Origin: Candidatus Firestonebacteria bacterium RIFOXYD2_FULL_39_29
GTDB taxonomy: Bacteria; Oederibacteriota; D2-FULL-39-29
NCBI GenBank assembly: GCA_001778375.1
Contig: MFGV01000084.1
Coordinates: 858 to 64,857 of the forward strand
DNA: 64,000 nucleotides
Direction: 5' to 3'
Shown here: in pieces, positions 1-10,157 of the stretch
How the letters are laid out: each line of letters starts with the position of its first letter
Numbering within the stretch: position 1 is the stretch's first letter
Position numbers and translations under genes: made by a program
The notes under the pieces: model-generated
Seen by the model: the letters and a program-made list of their open reading frames with translations, nothing else
Told to the model about the DNA's origin: nothing
The model's database searches: none

Positions 1-2453
1 ACATCTTTTTCAGGACATTCAAGAATAAGCTCATCATGTACCTGAAGCAAAAGGCGTCCTTTGAAATCTTCTTTCTTCATTATACAATATAGTTTAACCA
101 TTGCAAGTTTAATAATGTCTGAAGCCGAACCTTGTATCGGGGCGTTTATAGCGACTCTTTCCGCAAATTCCCTCGTGTTCTTATTACTACTATCAATATC
201 AGGAATATACCTTTTTCTTCCAAGCAGGGTCTCAACAAAACCGGATTTTCGGGCTTTTTCCTTGGAATCCTTAATAAACTTCTCAACCCCCGTATAATTT
301 TTGAGATAGCTGTCTATATATTTCTGCGCTTCCGTCCGGCTTATTTTTAATTGTTTTGCAAGACCAAACGCCGAGATTCCGTATATTATGCCAAAATTAA
401 CGGTTTTAGCAATGCGCCTTTCGTCGCCTGTCACCGCTGCTTTTTCCATATTAAATATTTCGGAGGCAGTCCGGCTGTGAACGTCCTCATCTTTTTTAAA
501 AGCATCTAAGAGGTTCGCATCCCCGGAGAAATGCGCGAGAATTCTTAGTTCAATCTGCGAGTAATCCGCAGAGATTATTTTCCATCCTTTTTCTGAAGCT
601 ATAAACGCTCTTCTGATTTCTTTCCCGATTTCCGTTCTGACCGGAATATTTTGTATATTTGGATTTAAACTTGACAATCTTCCGGTTGCCGTACCTGTCT
701 GATCAAAAGAAGTATGAATTTTATTTTCTTTATCCGCCAGCAGCGGCAGAGCATCAATATAGGTGTTTTTAAGTTTTGTTAATTGCCGGTATTCCAGTAA
801 AAACGCAGGCAGGGGGGATTTTCCTGAAAGTTCTTCCAGTACTTCAACATCCGTAGAAGCCCCGGTCTTTGTCTTTTTTATAACCGGAAGTTTAAGTTTT
901 TCAAACAATATTTTTCCAAGCTGCTGCGGCGAATTGATATTAAACTCCCCGCCTGCCAGCTCGTAGATATTTTTAACCAGACCTTCCAGTTTTTTTTCTA
1001 TTTCAACGGACAGTTTTTTTAAGTAGGGAAGATCCAGCTTAATACCGGCTTTTTCCATAGAAGCAAGGACCGGAACCAGGGGCATTTCTATATTTTCAAA
1101 TAAGGGGAGAAGATTTTGCCCGGCCAGCTCTTTTTTAAGTATTTCTTGCAGAGCAAGAAGAAAACAGATCTCCTCGTTTTCAGCGGGATTCTTGGACAAA
1201 TATCTGAATATTATTTCCGCGGGAGTATAGCTTCCCCGGTCGGGATTCAAAAGATACGCAGCCAGCAGGCAGTCAAAAACCTCTTTTACCGGTATTTCAC
1301 CGTTATACTCTCTAAGAAAATTCTTATAATCAAAGAAGGTCAACGATATATTATTATCCGAAAAAATCCCTTCTGTTGACGTTTTATCAAAATCCAGTAC
1401 GGACCCGCTTTTGTCGGCATAAGAAAAATATATTTTTCCGGCCTTCAGTCTTACGGCTGCTTTTTTGTGAGTTATTATATTATTAAAAAGCTCTTTTATC
1501 TCTTCTTTGTTTTTCAACTCTGAAATATTTGATTTTTCTTTTACTTCTTCTGAAAAAAGATCTATTTCCACGGCCGGGGCAGAGACATATTTGAGTTTTC
1601 TGAATTCTTCCCTTAACGAGGTAAATTCCAGCTCCCCCAGTTTAGAAATAACCGCGTTAACATCCGGATCTTTCACTAAAAGATCTTCTATTTTTATCTC
1701 AAGCGGCGGCTCTATAAGCGTCGCCAGCTGCCGGCTAAAATAAGCTGATTCCCTGCCTTTTAGCAGTTTTTCCCTTAATTTATCACTCTTTACTTTTTCA
1801 ATATTGGCATAAATATCATCGAGACCTTTAAATTCTTTAAGCAGTTCTGAAGCCGTCTTTTCTCCAATACCGTCAACTCCGGGTATATTGTCGCTTGCAT
1901 CCCCAAGAAGCGCCAGAAAATCAATCATTTGGAGCGGTGTTATTCCGTATTTTTCTTTTACTTTTTCAGAATCATATATATAATCATCTTTATGGGCGCT
2001 CATTATTTGAATATTATCGTTAACAAGCTGGAGAAGGTCTTTATCTCCGGTTAAAATTGTAACGCTAAGCCCCGACTTTTCCCCTTTTTTTGCAAGATAA
2101 GTTATTATATCATCAGCCTCATAACCTTGAAGTTCAAAAGACGGCATATTAAAACTCTTTATCAAATCTTTTGTTACGGGCATCTGAATAATTAATTCTT
2201 CCGGAGGCGGCTCTCTGTGTGCTTTATAATCCTTAAAAGCCAGGTGCCTGAAGGTAGGGCCTTTGGTATCAAAAGCAAAGGCAAGGTAATCCGGTTTATA
2301 TACTTTAATTATTCTAAATAAAAGACGCGCAAACCCGAACACTGCATTGGTTGGCGCGCCTTTTCTGGTTCTTAAATTTTTTATAGCATAGTAACTGCGA
2401 TACAGGTACGAATTACCGTCTATTAAAAACAGCTTTTTCTTTTTCTCTGTCAT
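1..2453 (-). CDS. polA: DNA polymerase I, C-terminal end runs off the left edge
   Basis: Absent from the ORF track because it is open at the edge. My translation from ATG 2453 reads MTEKKKKLFLIDGNSYLYRSYYAIKNL..GAPTNAVFGF (5'-nuclease N-terminus). In the same frame (checked arithmetically), bases 80-1 read MKKEDFKGRLLLQVHDELILECPEKDV (family A motif C). No stop in 2.45 kb. Confidence 0.9.
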   Translation of the reverse strand, partial: MTEKKKKLFLIDGNSYLYRSYYAIKNLRTRKGAPTNAVFGFARLLFRIIKVYKPDYLAFAFDTKGPTFRHLAFKDYKAHREPPPEELIIQMPVTKDLIKSFNMPSFELQGYEADDIITYLAKKGEKSGLSVTILTGDKDLLQLVNDNIQIMSAHKDDYIYDSEKVKEKYGITPLQMIDFLALLGDASDNIPGVDGIGEKTASELLKEFKGLDDIYANIEKVKSDKLREKLLKGRESAYFSRQLATLIEPPLEIKIEDLLVKDPDVNAVISKLGELEFTSLREEFRKLKYVSAPAVEIDLFSEEVKEKSNISELKNKEEIKELFNNIITHKKAAVRLKAGKIYFSYADKSGSVLDFDKTSTEGIFSDNNISLTFFDYKNFLREYNGEIPVKEVFDCLLAAYLLNPDRGSYTPAEIIFRYLSKNPAENEEICFLLALQEILKKELAGQNLLPLFENIEMPLVPVLASMEKAGIKLDLPYLKKLSVEIEKKLEGLVKNIYELAGGEFNINSPQQLGKILFEKLKLPVIKKTKTGASTDVEVLEELSGKSPLPAFLLEYRQLTKLKNTYIDALPLLADKENKIHTSFDQTGTATGRLSSLNPNIQNIPVRTEIGKEIRRAFIASEKGWKIISADYSQIELRILAHFSGDANLLDAFKKDEDVHSRTASEIFNMEKAAVTGDERRIAKTVNFGIIYGISAFGLAKQLKISRTEAQKYIDSYLKNYTGVEKFIKDSKEKARKSGFVETLLGRKRYIPDIDSSNKNTREFAERVAINAPIQGSASDIIKLAMVKLYCIMKKEDFKGRLLLQVHDELILECPEKD

Positions 2454-2475
2454 CTGACAATCCCGCTTTTAGGGT

Positions 2476-2928
2476 TCAACCGCCGCTTTTTGTTTGACAG
2501 GTAAAACAATATTTTGCCTGAGGCAATACTCCCAGACGGTCCTTGTTAATCTTTTTATTGCAGGATTCGCAGGCTCCAAATTTTCCAAGACTTATTTTCT
2601 CGAGGGCATAGTCAATTTCTTCAATCTGTCTCTTTTCGGTATCGCTCAAATTATGTAAAAATTCCGTATCATAGGTGTCGCTGGCCAGGTCCACAGAATC
2701 TTTAACCTCATTAAAATCTATTTTTTTACTGTCATCAAGATTTTTATTAAGCTCCTCTATAAATTCTTTTTTCTGAGAAAGGAGGAGATTTTTATATATT
2801 TTCAGATCTTTTGCCGGAATTTTTACAATTTTTACTGCTTTTGCAGGTTTTACCGCGGCAATTTTTTTTAATTTTACAGCTTTTACTTTCTTCGGCTTTA
2901 ATGCCGTTTTATTCTTCTTCTTCTTCAT
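2476..2928 (-). CDS. DksA/TraR-family C4 zinc-finger protein with a Lys/Ala/Pro/Val-rich N-terminal tail
   Basis: C-terminus has CESC-x17-CFTC plus a coiled-coil region (DksA/TraR pattern). Start moved to ATG 2928 (MKKKKNKTALKP), which has an AGGAG 6-7 nt upstream. The 60 aa extension in the track has no RBS. Confidence 0.75.
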   Translation of the reverse strand: MKKKKNKTALKPKKVKAVKLKKIAAVKPAKAVKIVKIPAKDLKIYKNLLLSQKKEFIEELNKNLDDSKKIDFNEVKDSVDLASDTYDTEFLHNLSDTEKRQIEEIDYALEKISLGKFGACESCNKKINKDRLGVLPQAKYCFTCQTKSGG

Positions 2929-3129
2929 TTGATATCTCCTCAAAATGACAATCTTCGAAATAAATACACTTTTTGCAGCAGCCATCAAGCAATGTTCCGG
3001 CTTCGCTGCAGTTTTCATAGTACGGACATTCATCGCAGCAAAATAGCAAGTTTGTGATCCTCCCTTCTTGATAAATATTTCAGCTCGTTTCAGCCAAATT
3101 AAATCCAAGACCTCTGACTTACAAAATGA

Positions 3130-4665
3130 CTATCCTTTGTACCCTATTATCTTGCTAACTTCAAGTATATTATTCATTAATTCCGGCTCATGTTTGGTCT
3201 CGTGAACAACCTTAATAAAATTGAGATTTTTATCATCCTGTCCGTTAATGATGGTCCCCATTTCTTTTAAAAACATAAGGTAGTCGTAAACTTCTTTTGT
3301 AATTCTTTCGCCGGGAGCCAGGAGAGGAATCCCCGGAGGATAAGGACAAACAACTTCAGCGCTTATCATGCCGATAGACTCTTTAAAATGCACCTTTTTT
3401 GTAATAGAGAAGGAAGCTTCACGAGGTGTTAAGACTACCTCGGAGACAATATTCGGAAACTGTACACTTCTGATGGCATCTACAACTTTTTCATTTTTAA
3501 CATAATTCTTTTTAATATCTTTAAGGGCATAGTTAAGCTTGTATATATCATTTTTAGTGTTTCCCAGGGTAATTATCGCAAGCAAACTTGTCGGGGTGGC
3601 AAACTCCACCTGAATATTGAATTTCTTATTAAGGAGTTTTTGTACCTGATAGCCTGTATCCCCCACTCCGGTTGCGTCAATATTTAGTTTTGTGACATCA
3701 ATACCAAAAATGCCTTCACGGCCTATAGCCTCGCGGCCAAAACACCCTATTCCCTGAGCTTTTATCCCTTTTCTTGCTTCTTCCGCCAGCGCAATGACTT
3801 TTGAAAGAATCTCCCTTCCCTGTGTCGCCATCTGCATCCTTGCAACATCGAGCGATGCCATCAAAATATATGAAGGTGAAGTAGTGTGTAAGAGCTGGAG
3901 TATTCTTTTTAATTTCATAAGGTCGACACTTTTTCGCGCAAAAAGCATTGAAGCCTGCGTCATTCCTGAAATAATTTTATGACTGCTCTGGACACAGATA
4001 TCAGCACCCGCTTCCATAGCAGAAGTCGGAAGGTCAGGGTGAAATTTAAGATGCGGACCGTGAGCCTCATCCACCATAATAATTTTTTTGTGATTATGCG
4101 CAATTCTTACAATCTCTCTTATATCTGTTGTTATACCGTTGTAAGTAGGATTTGTTACCAGTATTGCTTTTACATCAGGGTGCAGGTGTACTTTTTCCAT
4201 AACTTCTTCGGGAGTAATATTGGTAATAACGCCCAGTTCCTTATCAAACTTGGGATAAATATAAATCGGAATGGCACCGCTTAGTATTACCCCGGCTATT
4301 ACGGATTTGTGGGCGTTCCTCGGGATTATTATTTTATCTCCCGGCATACAGGCAGAAAGGATCATCGCTTGATTCCCTATGGTCGTGCCGTTTACCAGTA
4401 AAAAAGAGAAGTCCGCACCGTAAGCTTCCGCCGCAAGTTTCTGAGCTTCCTTGATTACAGTCTTAGGATCCTGCAGAGAATCCACTTCTTCAAGAAGGGT
4501 AAGGTCAATATCGAATATCTTTGCTCCGACAAAATCTCTGAATTTTTTTGGTATACCGTCCCCATGCTTATGCCCCGGCGTATGAAAAGATATTTTCTTT
4601 TGCTTTGCATAGTTAACAACAGCGTCAAACAACGGTGTCTTTAACTGCCTCTCATAAAAGTCCAT
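3130..4665 (-). CDS. Orn/Lys/Arg decarboxylase family, PLP-dependent
   Basis: 511 aa. Contains the SSHKIISGMTQASML PLP-lysine motif and HTPGHKHG near the N-terminus, as in Bacillus-type arginine/lysine decarboxylases. Start set at MDFYERQ (ATG 4665). Confidence 0.8.
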   Translation of the reverse strand: MDFYERQLKTPLFDAVVNYAKQKKISFHTPGHKHGDGIPKKFRDFVGAKIFDIDLTLLEEVDSLQDPKTVIKEAQKLAAEAYGADFSFLLVNGTTIGNQAMILSACMPGDKIIIPRNAHKSVIAGVILSGAIPIYIYPKFDKELGVITNITPEEVMEKVHLHPDVKAILVTNPTYNGITTDIREIVRIAHNHKKIIMVDEAHGPHLKFHPDLPTSAMEAGADICVQSSHKIISGMTQASMLFARKSVDLMKLKRILQLLHTTSPSYILMASLDVARMQMATQGREILSKVIALAEEARKGIKAQGIGCFGREAIGREGIFGIDVTKLNIDATGVGDTGYQVQKLLNKKFNIQVEFATPTSLLAIITLGNTKNDIYKLNYALKDIKKNYVKNEKVVDAIRSVQFPNIVSEVVLTPREASFSITKKVHFKESIGMISAEVVCPYPPGIPLLAPGERITKEVYDYLMFLKEMGTIINGQDDKNLNFIKVVHETKHEPELMNNILEVSKIIGYKG

Positions 4666-4882
4666 TCCTGCTCCCGCCCCGGATAGAGGCAACAAAAACT
4701 ATTTTCTTAAGAATTCAAACCGCCTGATTTCATATCAGCAATTCATTATATTTTTCACGTCAAGCATTAACTTTGTAGTAAAGTATATCACTTTTCAGAA
4801 GAATGTCAATACTTTTTGAAGACAGGAAAATTACTGCAGTTACAGGAGGCGCATGTCTTTAGTCCGTATTAGACAGATAATA

Positions 4883-5506
4883 TTATTTTCTTACTTCGAA
4901 TTTTAGAGGAAGACGGAAGGTTACTGCTTTTCCCATTTTTCCGGGCAATGGCCTGAAAGGTGACGCAGCTTTTACGGTACGAACTGCTTCATTATCCAGG
5001 GCATCGTCGCCCGACGAATAAAGTACATTTATTTTATTTAATATTCCATTATCTTCTATGGTTATCTCAAGCAGGGTTTTTCCCTCGCTGCCTTCTTCCA
5101 GGGCTTTCTTCGGATATCTTTTTAATCTTTCTATTCTCTCCTTAAAAGCAGAGAACCAAGCAGCAGTCTCCGGATCCGTATCGGAGAACCCGCTGCCGTC
5201 TCCTGTTTCGGCAGTTCCGGTCTGTGAAGGGCCTGAACTTTCTCTTTTTTCAAAAGCAGTATTGCCAACCGTTTCTACGGGGGCTTTTAATTCCTCATTT
5301 ACAGTTTGTATCTCCGCTTTAATAATGGGGACTGTTTCCAATGCCTTTGTTTTCACTTTATTAACAGGGATATAGATTTTTCCCTGATAATAGCTGACTT
5401 CAATAATACGGCCAGTACTCTCCTTCTCTTTTTTTGAGGGAGAAAGCGAAAGCGCCGCAAACAGAAGCGCATGCAAACCTATGGAAATCGCTAAAAATAT
5501 TTTCAT
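4883..5506 (-). CDS. tonB: TonB-family energy transducer
   Basis: N-terminal TM helix, acidic/Pro-poor linker, and a C-terminal TonB_C-like block (GKTLLEITIEDNGILNKINVLYSSGDDALDNEAVRTVKAASPFRPLP). Lies directly downstream of the receptor gene. Confidence 0.75.
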   Translation of the reverse strand: MKIFLAISIGLHALLFAALSLSPSKKEKESTGRIIEVSYYQGKIYIPVNKVKTKALETVPIIKAEIQTVNEELKAPVETVGNTAFEKRESSGPSQTGTAETGDGSGFSDTDPETAAWFSAFKERIERLKRYPKKALEEGSEGKTLLEITIEDNGILNKINVLYSSGDDALDNEAVRTVKAASPFRPLPGKMGKAVTFRLPLKFEVRK

Positions 5507-5538
5507 TTACTAGAAAAAGACTCCTCAAATGTAAACCT

Positions 5539-5566
5539 AGAACCAAGGACCCAGGGCCCAGAACCT
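5539..5566. repeat. Four in-phase degenerate heptamers AGAACCA AGGACCC AGGGCCC AGAACCT
   Basis: Read directly in the tonB-btuB spacer. Confidence 0.8.
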
Positions 5567-5577
5567 GCTCTTTACCG

Positions 5578-7404
5578 TTAGAACGTCAGTTTCACCCCCG
5601 CATTTAACGTTCTTCCCGGAAGCGGGTAGCTTTCTCTAAGTTCATAAACAGTATTCAAAATATTTTTCGCCGAGAAAATAAGCGTCACCTCTTTTATAAT
5701 CATAAGGTCTAATTTCGCATTTAAGGTAATAAAACTCGGGAGTGTTGTGACGGTACTTGCCTGTCTGACATCATAATATTCCGCATCTATTTTTAATTTC
5801 TGGCCAAGTAATTCATAGGCAACTCCAAGATTAGCTTTATTTTTTGGCCTGTATAAAAGTTCCAGATTTGTAATTTTATTTAAAGCCACCAGCCAGGTAT
5901 GTCCGGCAAACACATTGAGATTTTCAGCACATTTAATTTTAAGTTCTGATTCCACACCGTAGGTCTCTGCTTCTCCTACATTCGAGGGGGTCCAATCAAA
6001 AGAAGTCATATAGGTAGGATCTATAGGCGCCCAGTCTATAAGATCCTTTATCTGATTATTAAAATATGTAGTAGTTAAAATAGCAGACCTTCCGAACTCA
6101 AGATTTAAACCCGCTTCAAAAGAATTAGTTTTCTGCGGCAGTAACAAAGGATTCCCCGGCCCGCCCATAGCAGAAGTCGAATACAGTTCGGAAAAAGTCG
6201 GAGCTCTGAAAGAAGTGCCATAGGAGGTTCTTATCTGCACCCCGTCTTCAATATTATATACAAGCGCAAGCATTGGATTAAATGAATCACCATAAATAGA
6301 ATGACTGTCATAGCGCGCAGAAGCAGTAAATATCCAGGAACCGAGAAGATCGATTATATCCTGCGCAAAGCATGATTTTGTTGTGGCATTGTGGTCTCCC
6401 ATCCAATTTTGTTCATTCACACTATAATTGCCGCTTAAACCGATCGTAAATATATTAATTCCGCCAAAATCGTAAGTATAGGTTGTTTCGGTAAAAAAGT
6501 TTCTTTCTTCGCTCAAGGTAAAAATACCCGGCTGGAAAAAATTCAAAATACTTTTGCTCCCGTTTATTTTTACCCTAATATCGGAATCTTCGGTTAGAGG
6601 CAGGCGATAATCCACCCCGGCATTCAACCTTTCCATTTGCTGGCGGTCTAAGGGGGTCAACCAGAGCAAGGAACCGGGAGCACCGCTGTCGCTCTTGTAA
6701 GCCGTAAGGAGGGTTTTTAACGTATGATTTTTTGCAAAATCATATGAAAGTGAAAGACTCAGGTCATTGCTTAAAACATCACTATTCACCCTCTGACCGT
6801 TGGTAGCAAGATGCGAGCCTGAAAGATTCAAAGAAAGACCGCCCAGGTTATCTGAATATGAAGCCCTGAGGTCTTTAGTTGCAAACGAACCGTAAAAAGT
6901 TGAGATCTCCAGTGACCGTTTTTCTACACGGCTTTTAGTTATAATATTTATAACTCCGCCCGCCGCGTCCGCTCCGTAAAGCGAAGAGGCCGGACCCTTC
7001 AACACTTCAATTCTTTCTATGTTATCAAGAGGCAGCGAGGAAAAATCAACAAGGCCCTGATATGAAGAGTTTAACCTTACACCGTTTATAAGCACCAGAG
7101 TTCCTTCAGAGCCGATTCCACGGATCATAACGCTTTGCGTCTGTCCAATTGCTCCGACTTTTCCCGAGTCAACACCGGGAATCTCAGAAACTGCCAGACC
7201 TGCATTCTTATCCCCGCCGTTTGCAACTTTTGAATCATCAACTATAGCAAGCGAGCCGGGAGATTCCCTAAGCGCTTTTTCCACTCTGGAACCGGTAACA
7301 ACAATATCATCCAGCTGGAAAAACTCTTTTTCAGGTTTAACCGTGCCACTATCTTCCGCAAAAGCAGATACAGCAAGTACCAGTACGAGCAATAACTTTT
7401 TCAT
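5578..7404 (-). CDS. btuB: TonB-dependent outer-membrane receptor, BtuB-like (cobalamin/cobamide)
   Basis: Signal peptide, TonB box/plug (DDIVVTGSR..), 608 aa beta-barrel ending in ..GVKLTF. Sits in the riboswitch-controlled B12 operon. Confidence 0.8.
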   Translation of the reverse strand: MKKLLLVLVLAVSAFAEDSGTVKPEKEFFQLDDIVVTGSRVEKALRESPGSLAIVDDSKVANGGDKNAGLAVSEIPGVDSGKVGAIGQTQSVMIRGIGSEGTLVLINGVRLNSSYQGLVDFSSLPLDNIERIEVLKGPASSLYGADAAGGVINIITKSRVEKRSLEISTFYGSFATKDLRASYSDNLGGLSLNLSGSHLATNGQRVNSDVLSNDLSLSLSYDFAKNHTLKTLLTAYKSDSGAPGSLLWLTPLDRQQMERLNAGVDYRLPLTEDSDIRVKINGSKSILNFFQPGIFTLSEERNFFTETTYTYDFGGINIFTIGLSGNYSVNEQNWMGDHNATTKSCFAQDIIDLLGSWIFTASARYDSHSIYGDSFNPMLALVYNIEDGVQIRTSYGTSFRAPTFSELYSTSAMGGPGNPLLLPQKTNSFEAGLNLEFGRSAILTTTYFNNQIKDLIDWAPIDPTYMTSFDWTPSNVGEAETYGVESELKIKCAENLNVFAGHTWLVALNKITNLELLYRPKNKANLGVAYELLGQKLKIDAEYYDVRQASTVTTLPSFITLNAKLDLMIIKEVTLIFSAKNILNTVYELRESYPLPGRTLNAGVKLTF

Positions 7405-7422
7405 ATTAAAATCCTCCTATTT

Positions 7423-7529
7423 AATTACAATGACTATTGACTAATTACTAATGACTATTTAATGAGGATTATTATATATGCTGTTTACAGCTTCCTTAAA
7501 TAGTCATTAGTCACTAGTACTTAGTCATT
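7423..7529. repeat. Inverted-arm intergenic element, TAGTC-heptamer family, copy 1
   Basis: Left arm is AATTACAATGACTATTGACTAATTACTAATGACTATTT. Right arm is TTAAATAGTCATTAGTCACTAGTACTTAGTCATT, an imperfect reverse complement. The right arm includes the cobS stop codon. Confidence 0.8.
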
Positions 7530-8262
7530 AATATTTTAATTTTATTGCAAAAATTAACAAGGCTGCAACTTCCGTCACTTCCACCGTGAAACCGAAAATA
7601 TCTCCTGTAACGCCGCCAAGCTTATTTTTAAAGTATTTCATGATAATCAGCGCCGCTGCTGCCGCGCAGACAAAAGCAACAAGACCCCGCAGGCCGAAAA
7701 ACACTGAAAGAAGCAGGGCAAATGCAGTTATTATTATGAACTGCGTGTTTGTAATGTTTTGACAGTATACCTTCCCCATTCCGTACTTTTTAGCATAGGG
7801 AGAATATTTCATTAATATTGTCATGGAATATCTTCCCAAAACAGGGAAAAGTAATAATGCTGGATAAACATTGTAAAAGGAAAGTTTTATTATAATAATT
7901 ACTTTTAGAAGTAAAATAAAGGCTGCCCAGGCTGCCCCTTTTGCGCCGGTTGCGCTGTCTTCCATTATCCTGAAAATATCTTTTTTTGTTCTTCCGCCGT
8001 ATAAACCGTCTACCGTATCCGTAAACCCGTCAAGGTGCAGGGCTCCGGTTAAAAGCAGATATACACCGATAACAAGGACCGAAGGAAGCAAAAATACAAA
8101 TATTTTGCTGAAAACAAAATATGATAAGGCCAGCAAAGCTCCTATTATAAGTCCGACAAGAGGATAATAGGTAACCGATCCCGGGAGTTCATTTTGTTTT
8201 ATATTTTTTATTTTAAACGGAATATTTGTCAGGAACTGTAAAGCAATAAGAAAACTTTTCAC
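7528..8262 (-). CDS. cobS: Adenosylcobinamide-GDP ribazoletransferase (cobalamin synthase)
   Basis: 244 aa polytopic protein with the HLDGFTDTVDGL motif. 4-nt overlap with cobU. Confidence 0.85.
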   Translation of the reverse strand: MKSFLIALQFLTNIPFKIKNIKQNELPGSVTYYPLVGLIIGALLALSYFVFSKIFVFLLPSVLVIGVYLLLTGALHLDGFTDTVDGLYGGRTKKDIFRIMEDSATGAKGAAWAAFILLLKVIIIIKLSFYNVYPALLLFPVLGRYSMTILMKYSPYAKKYGMGKVYCQNITNTQFIIITAFALLLSVFFGLRGLVAFVCAAAAALIIMKYFKNKLGGVTGDIFGFTVEVTEVAALLIFAIKLKY

Positions 8263-8804
8263 TTCTTTACCTCCAGAGGGATCCCTGATACCAGAAAAAA
8301 CACCTTTGCTGCACGTTCTGCAAAAATACGGTTAACCCGGCCCTGAATATCCCTGAAATCCCGGCCCAGCTTATTATCCGGGACCAGTCCCATACCTACT
8401 TCATTTGAGACTGCGATAACTTCCGCTTTTGCACCGGCGCAATACTTTGCAATTTCTTCCGCCGACGTCAATATCTCTTTTTCTTTTTCCCCTTTCATCA
8501 TCCTATTCGACACCCAGAGAGTCAGACAATCAATAAGAATAACCCTGTTTTTTTTATCCCCGCTTTTTACAGACTTTAAAAGATCAAGAGGTTCTTCCAC
8601 AGTGCACCAGCCTTCCCCCCGCTGTTTTTTATGCCTCTTTATCCTTTTTTTCATCTCCTCATCCAACCCTTGCATGGTAGCAATATACACCCTGTCTTTT
8701 GCACTCTTTACAGCCAATTCCTCCGCAAAAGAAGATTTCCCGCTCCGCGCACCACCGGTGATGAAGGTTAAGCTACTTACTTGGGGCATACTCTTTGTTT
8801 CCAT
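8259..8804 (-). CDS. cobU: Adenosylcobinamide kinase / adenosylcobinamide-phosphate guanylyltransferase
   Basis: P-loop ITGGARSGKSSFAE, about 180 aa, in operon context. Confidence 0.85.
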   Translation of the reverse strand: METKSMPQVSSLTFITGGARSGKSSFAEELAVKSAKDRVYIATMQGLDEEMKKRIKRHKKQRGEGWCTVEEPLDLLKSVKSGDKKNRVILIDCLTLWVSNRMMKGEKEKEILTSAEEIAKYCAGAKAEVIAVSNEVGMGLVPDNKLGRDFRDIQGRVNRIFAERAAKVFFLVSGIPLEVKK

Positions 8805-8828
8805 GCAAAAGCTCCTGTACTGCCATGA

Positions 8829-8972
8829 AATTACTAATGACTATTGACTAATGACAATTTAATGAATACGGCAAAGTACCGCCGTAGCATTTAATAAAAC
8901 AATATATTTATGTAGGCGGAAAGCTTTTTTCCGCCATCCTAAAATAGTCACTAGTCATTAGTACTTAGTCAT
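8829..8972. repeat. Inverted-arm intergenic element, TAGTC-heptamer family, copy 2
   Basis: Arms are AATTACTAATGACTATTGACTAATGACAATTT and AATAGTCACTAGTCATTAGTACTTAGTCATT. The interior carries hairpins ACGGC-N8-GCCGT and GGCGG-N11-CCGCC. Confidence 0.85.
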
Positions 8973-8973
8973 T

Positions 8974-10017
8974 CTATTTATTACTCACTCCTGCACTTTC
9001 AAACGTTGCCATTTCATTCAGGATCTTCACCGCCGCTTCAATAATACTCATAGAAAGCGCCGCGCCGGTACCTTCTCCGAGCCGGAGCTCAAGGTTTAAT
9101 ATCGGCTTAAGCTTTAAATGCTCCAGAGCAAATTTATGTCCGTTTTCTACGGAATTATGAGAGGCAATTATATATTCACCGGCTTTCGGTTCTATACCCA
9201 CTGCGATAAGTGCGGCCGCTGTTGAAATAAAGCCGTCAATCACCACCGGTACTTTTCTCATGGCTCCGCCGAGTATCACTCCTGCAAGCCCGCCTATTTC
9301 AAATCCCCCGACCTTAGAAAGAACATCTATCGCATCCCTACGGTCCGGCTTATTAACCGCTATTCCCTTTTCGATCAGCGCTATCTTATTTGCCAAACCT
9401 TTATCATCAATTCCTGTTCCCCGGCCTGTCACTTCTTTCACTGCTTTCCCCGTATATATGGAAGTAATCGCCGCGCTAGGGGAGGTATTTCCAATTCCCA
9501 TATCCCCAGTACCGATAATATCCAATTCTTTCTCTATAAAGACAACATCAATACCTGCTTCTATACTTTTAAGAGCGTCTTCCCTAGTCATCGCAGGACC
9601 TGACGTAAAACTTTTTGTTCCCATACCGATTTTCTTATCAACCAACCCTTTTATTCCTTTAAAATCATAATTAACACCCATATCTACAATGATAACCTTC
9701 GCTCCAACATGCCTGGCAATAACATTTATTCCCGCCCCGCCGTTTAAAAAGTTAAGCACCATTTGCGGGGTTACTTCCATAGGATAGGCTGACACTCCTT
9801 CCCTCGCAATCCCATGATCTCCTGCCATAGTAAATATAACTTTATTATTTAATACCGGATTCTTCTTTCCGCTTATAGCTACAACTGTTTTCGCAATCTC
9901 CTCAAGCCGCCCCAGACTACTGAGAGGTTTTGTAAGAAAATCCAACCGTTTTTGCGTAGCTGACAGCAGGTTCTTGTCTGTACCGGATATCTTTAGTTCA
10001 TGTTTACCTATTTTCAT
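8974..10017 (-). CDS. cobT: Nicotinate-nucleotide--dimethylbenzimidazole phosphoribosyltransferase
   Basis: 347 aa with DMGIGNTSPSAAI and GEGTGA motifs typical of CobT. Confidence 0.9.
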   Translation of the reverse strand: MKIGKHELKISGTDKNLLSATQKRLDFLTKPLSSLGRLEEIAKTVVAISGKKNPVLNNKVIFTMAGDHGIAREGVSAYPMEVTPQMVLNFLNGGAGINVIARHVGAKVIIVDMGVNYDFKGIKGLVDKKIGMGTKSFTSGPAMTREDALKSIEAGIDVVFIEKELDIIGTGDMGIGNTSPSAAITSIYTGKAVKEVTGRGTGIDDKGLANKIALIEKGIAVNKPDRRDAIDVLSKVGGFEIGGLAGVILGGAMRKVPVVIDGFISTAAALIAVGIEPKAGEYIIASHNSVENGHKFALEHLKLKPILNLELRLGEGTGAALSMSIIEAAVKILNEMATFESAGVSNK

Positions 10018-10034
10018 TTATACTCCTTTAAAAT

Positions 10035-10152
10035 AATTACAAAGTACGAATTACAAACTACAATATATGGTGTTATATACATATTTATTAAATATTGCGG
10101 GAGCTTTTCCCGCATTCATAAAATTGTCAATTGTCATTCGTCAATCGTAATT
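10035..10152. repeat. Intergenic element with heptamer arms and a conserved core hairpin
   Basis: Left arm is AATTACA AAGTACG AATTACA AACTACA. Core is TAAATATTGCGGGAGCTTTTCCCGCATTCATAAAAT. Right arm is TGTCAAT TGTCATT CGTCAAT CGTAATT. Confidence 0.85.
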
Positions 10153-10157
10153 TTTTT

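Noticed and set aside
2929-3108. N-terminal extensions of track ORFs (2476-3108, 3130-4695, 10688-11536, 11437-12483, 18146-19111, 39406-40269, 54615-55628, 55543-56088)
   Set aside because: The extensions start at weak or alternative codons, lack RBSs, overlap upstream genes or dispersed repeats, and add residues foreign to the family. Internal ATG/GTG starts with a Shine-Dalgarno sequence or stop-start overlap were preferred.
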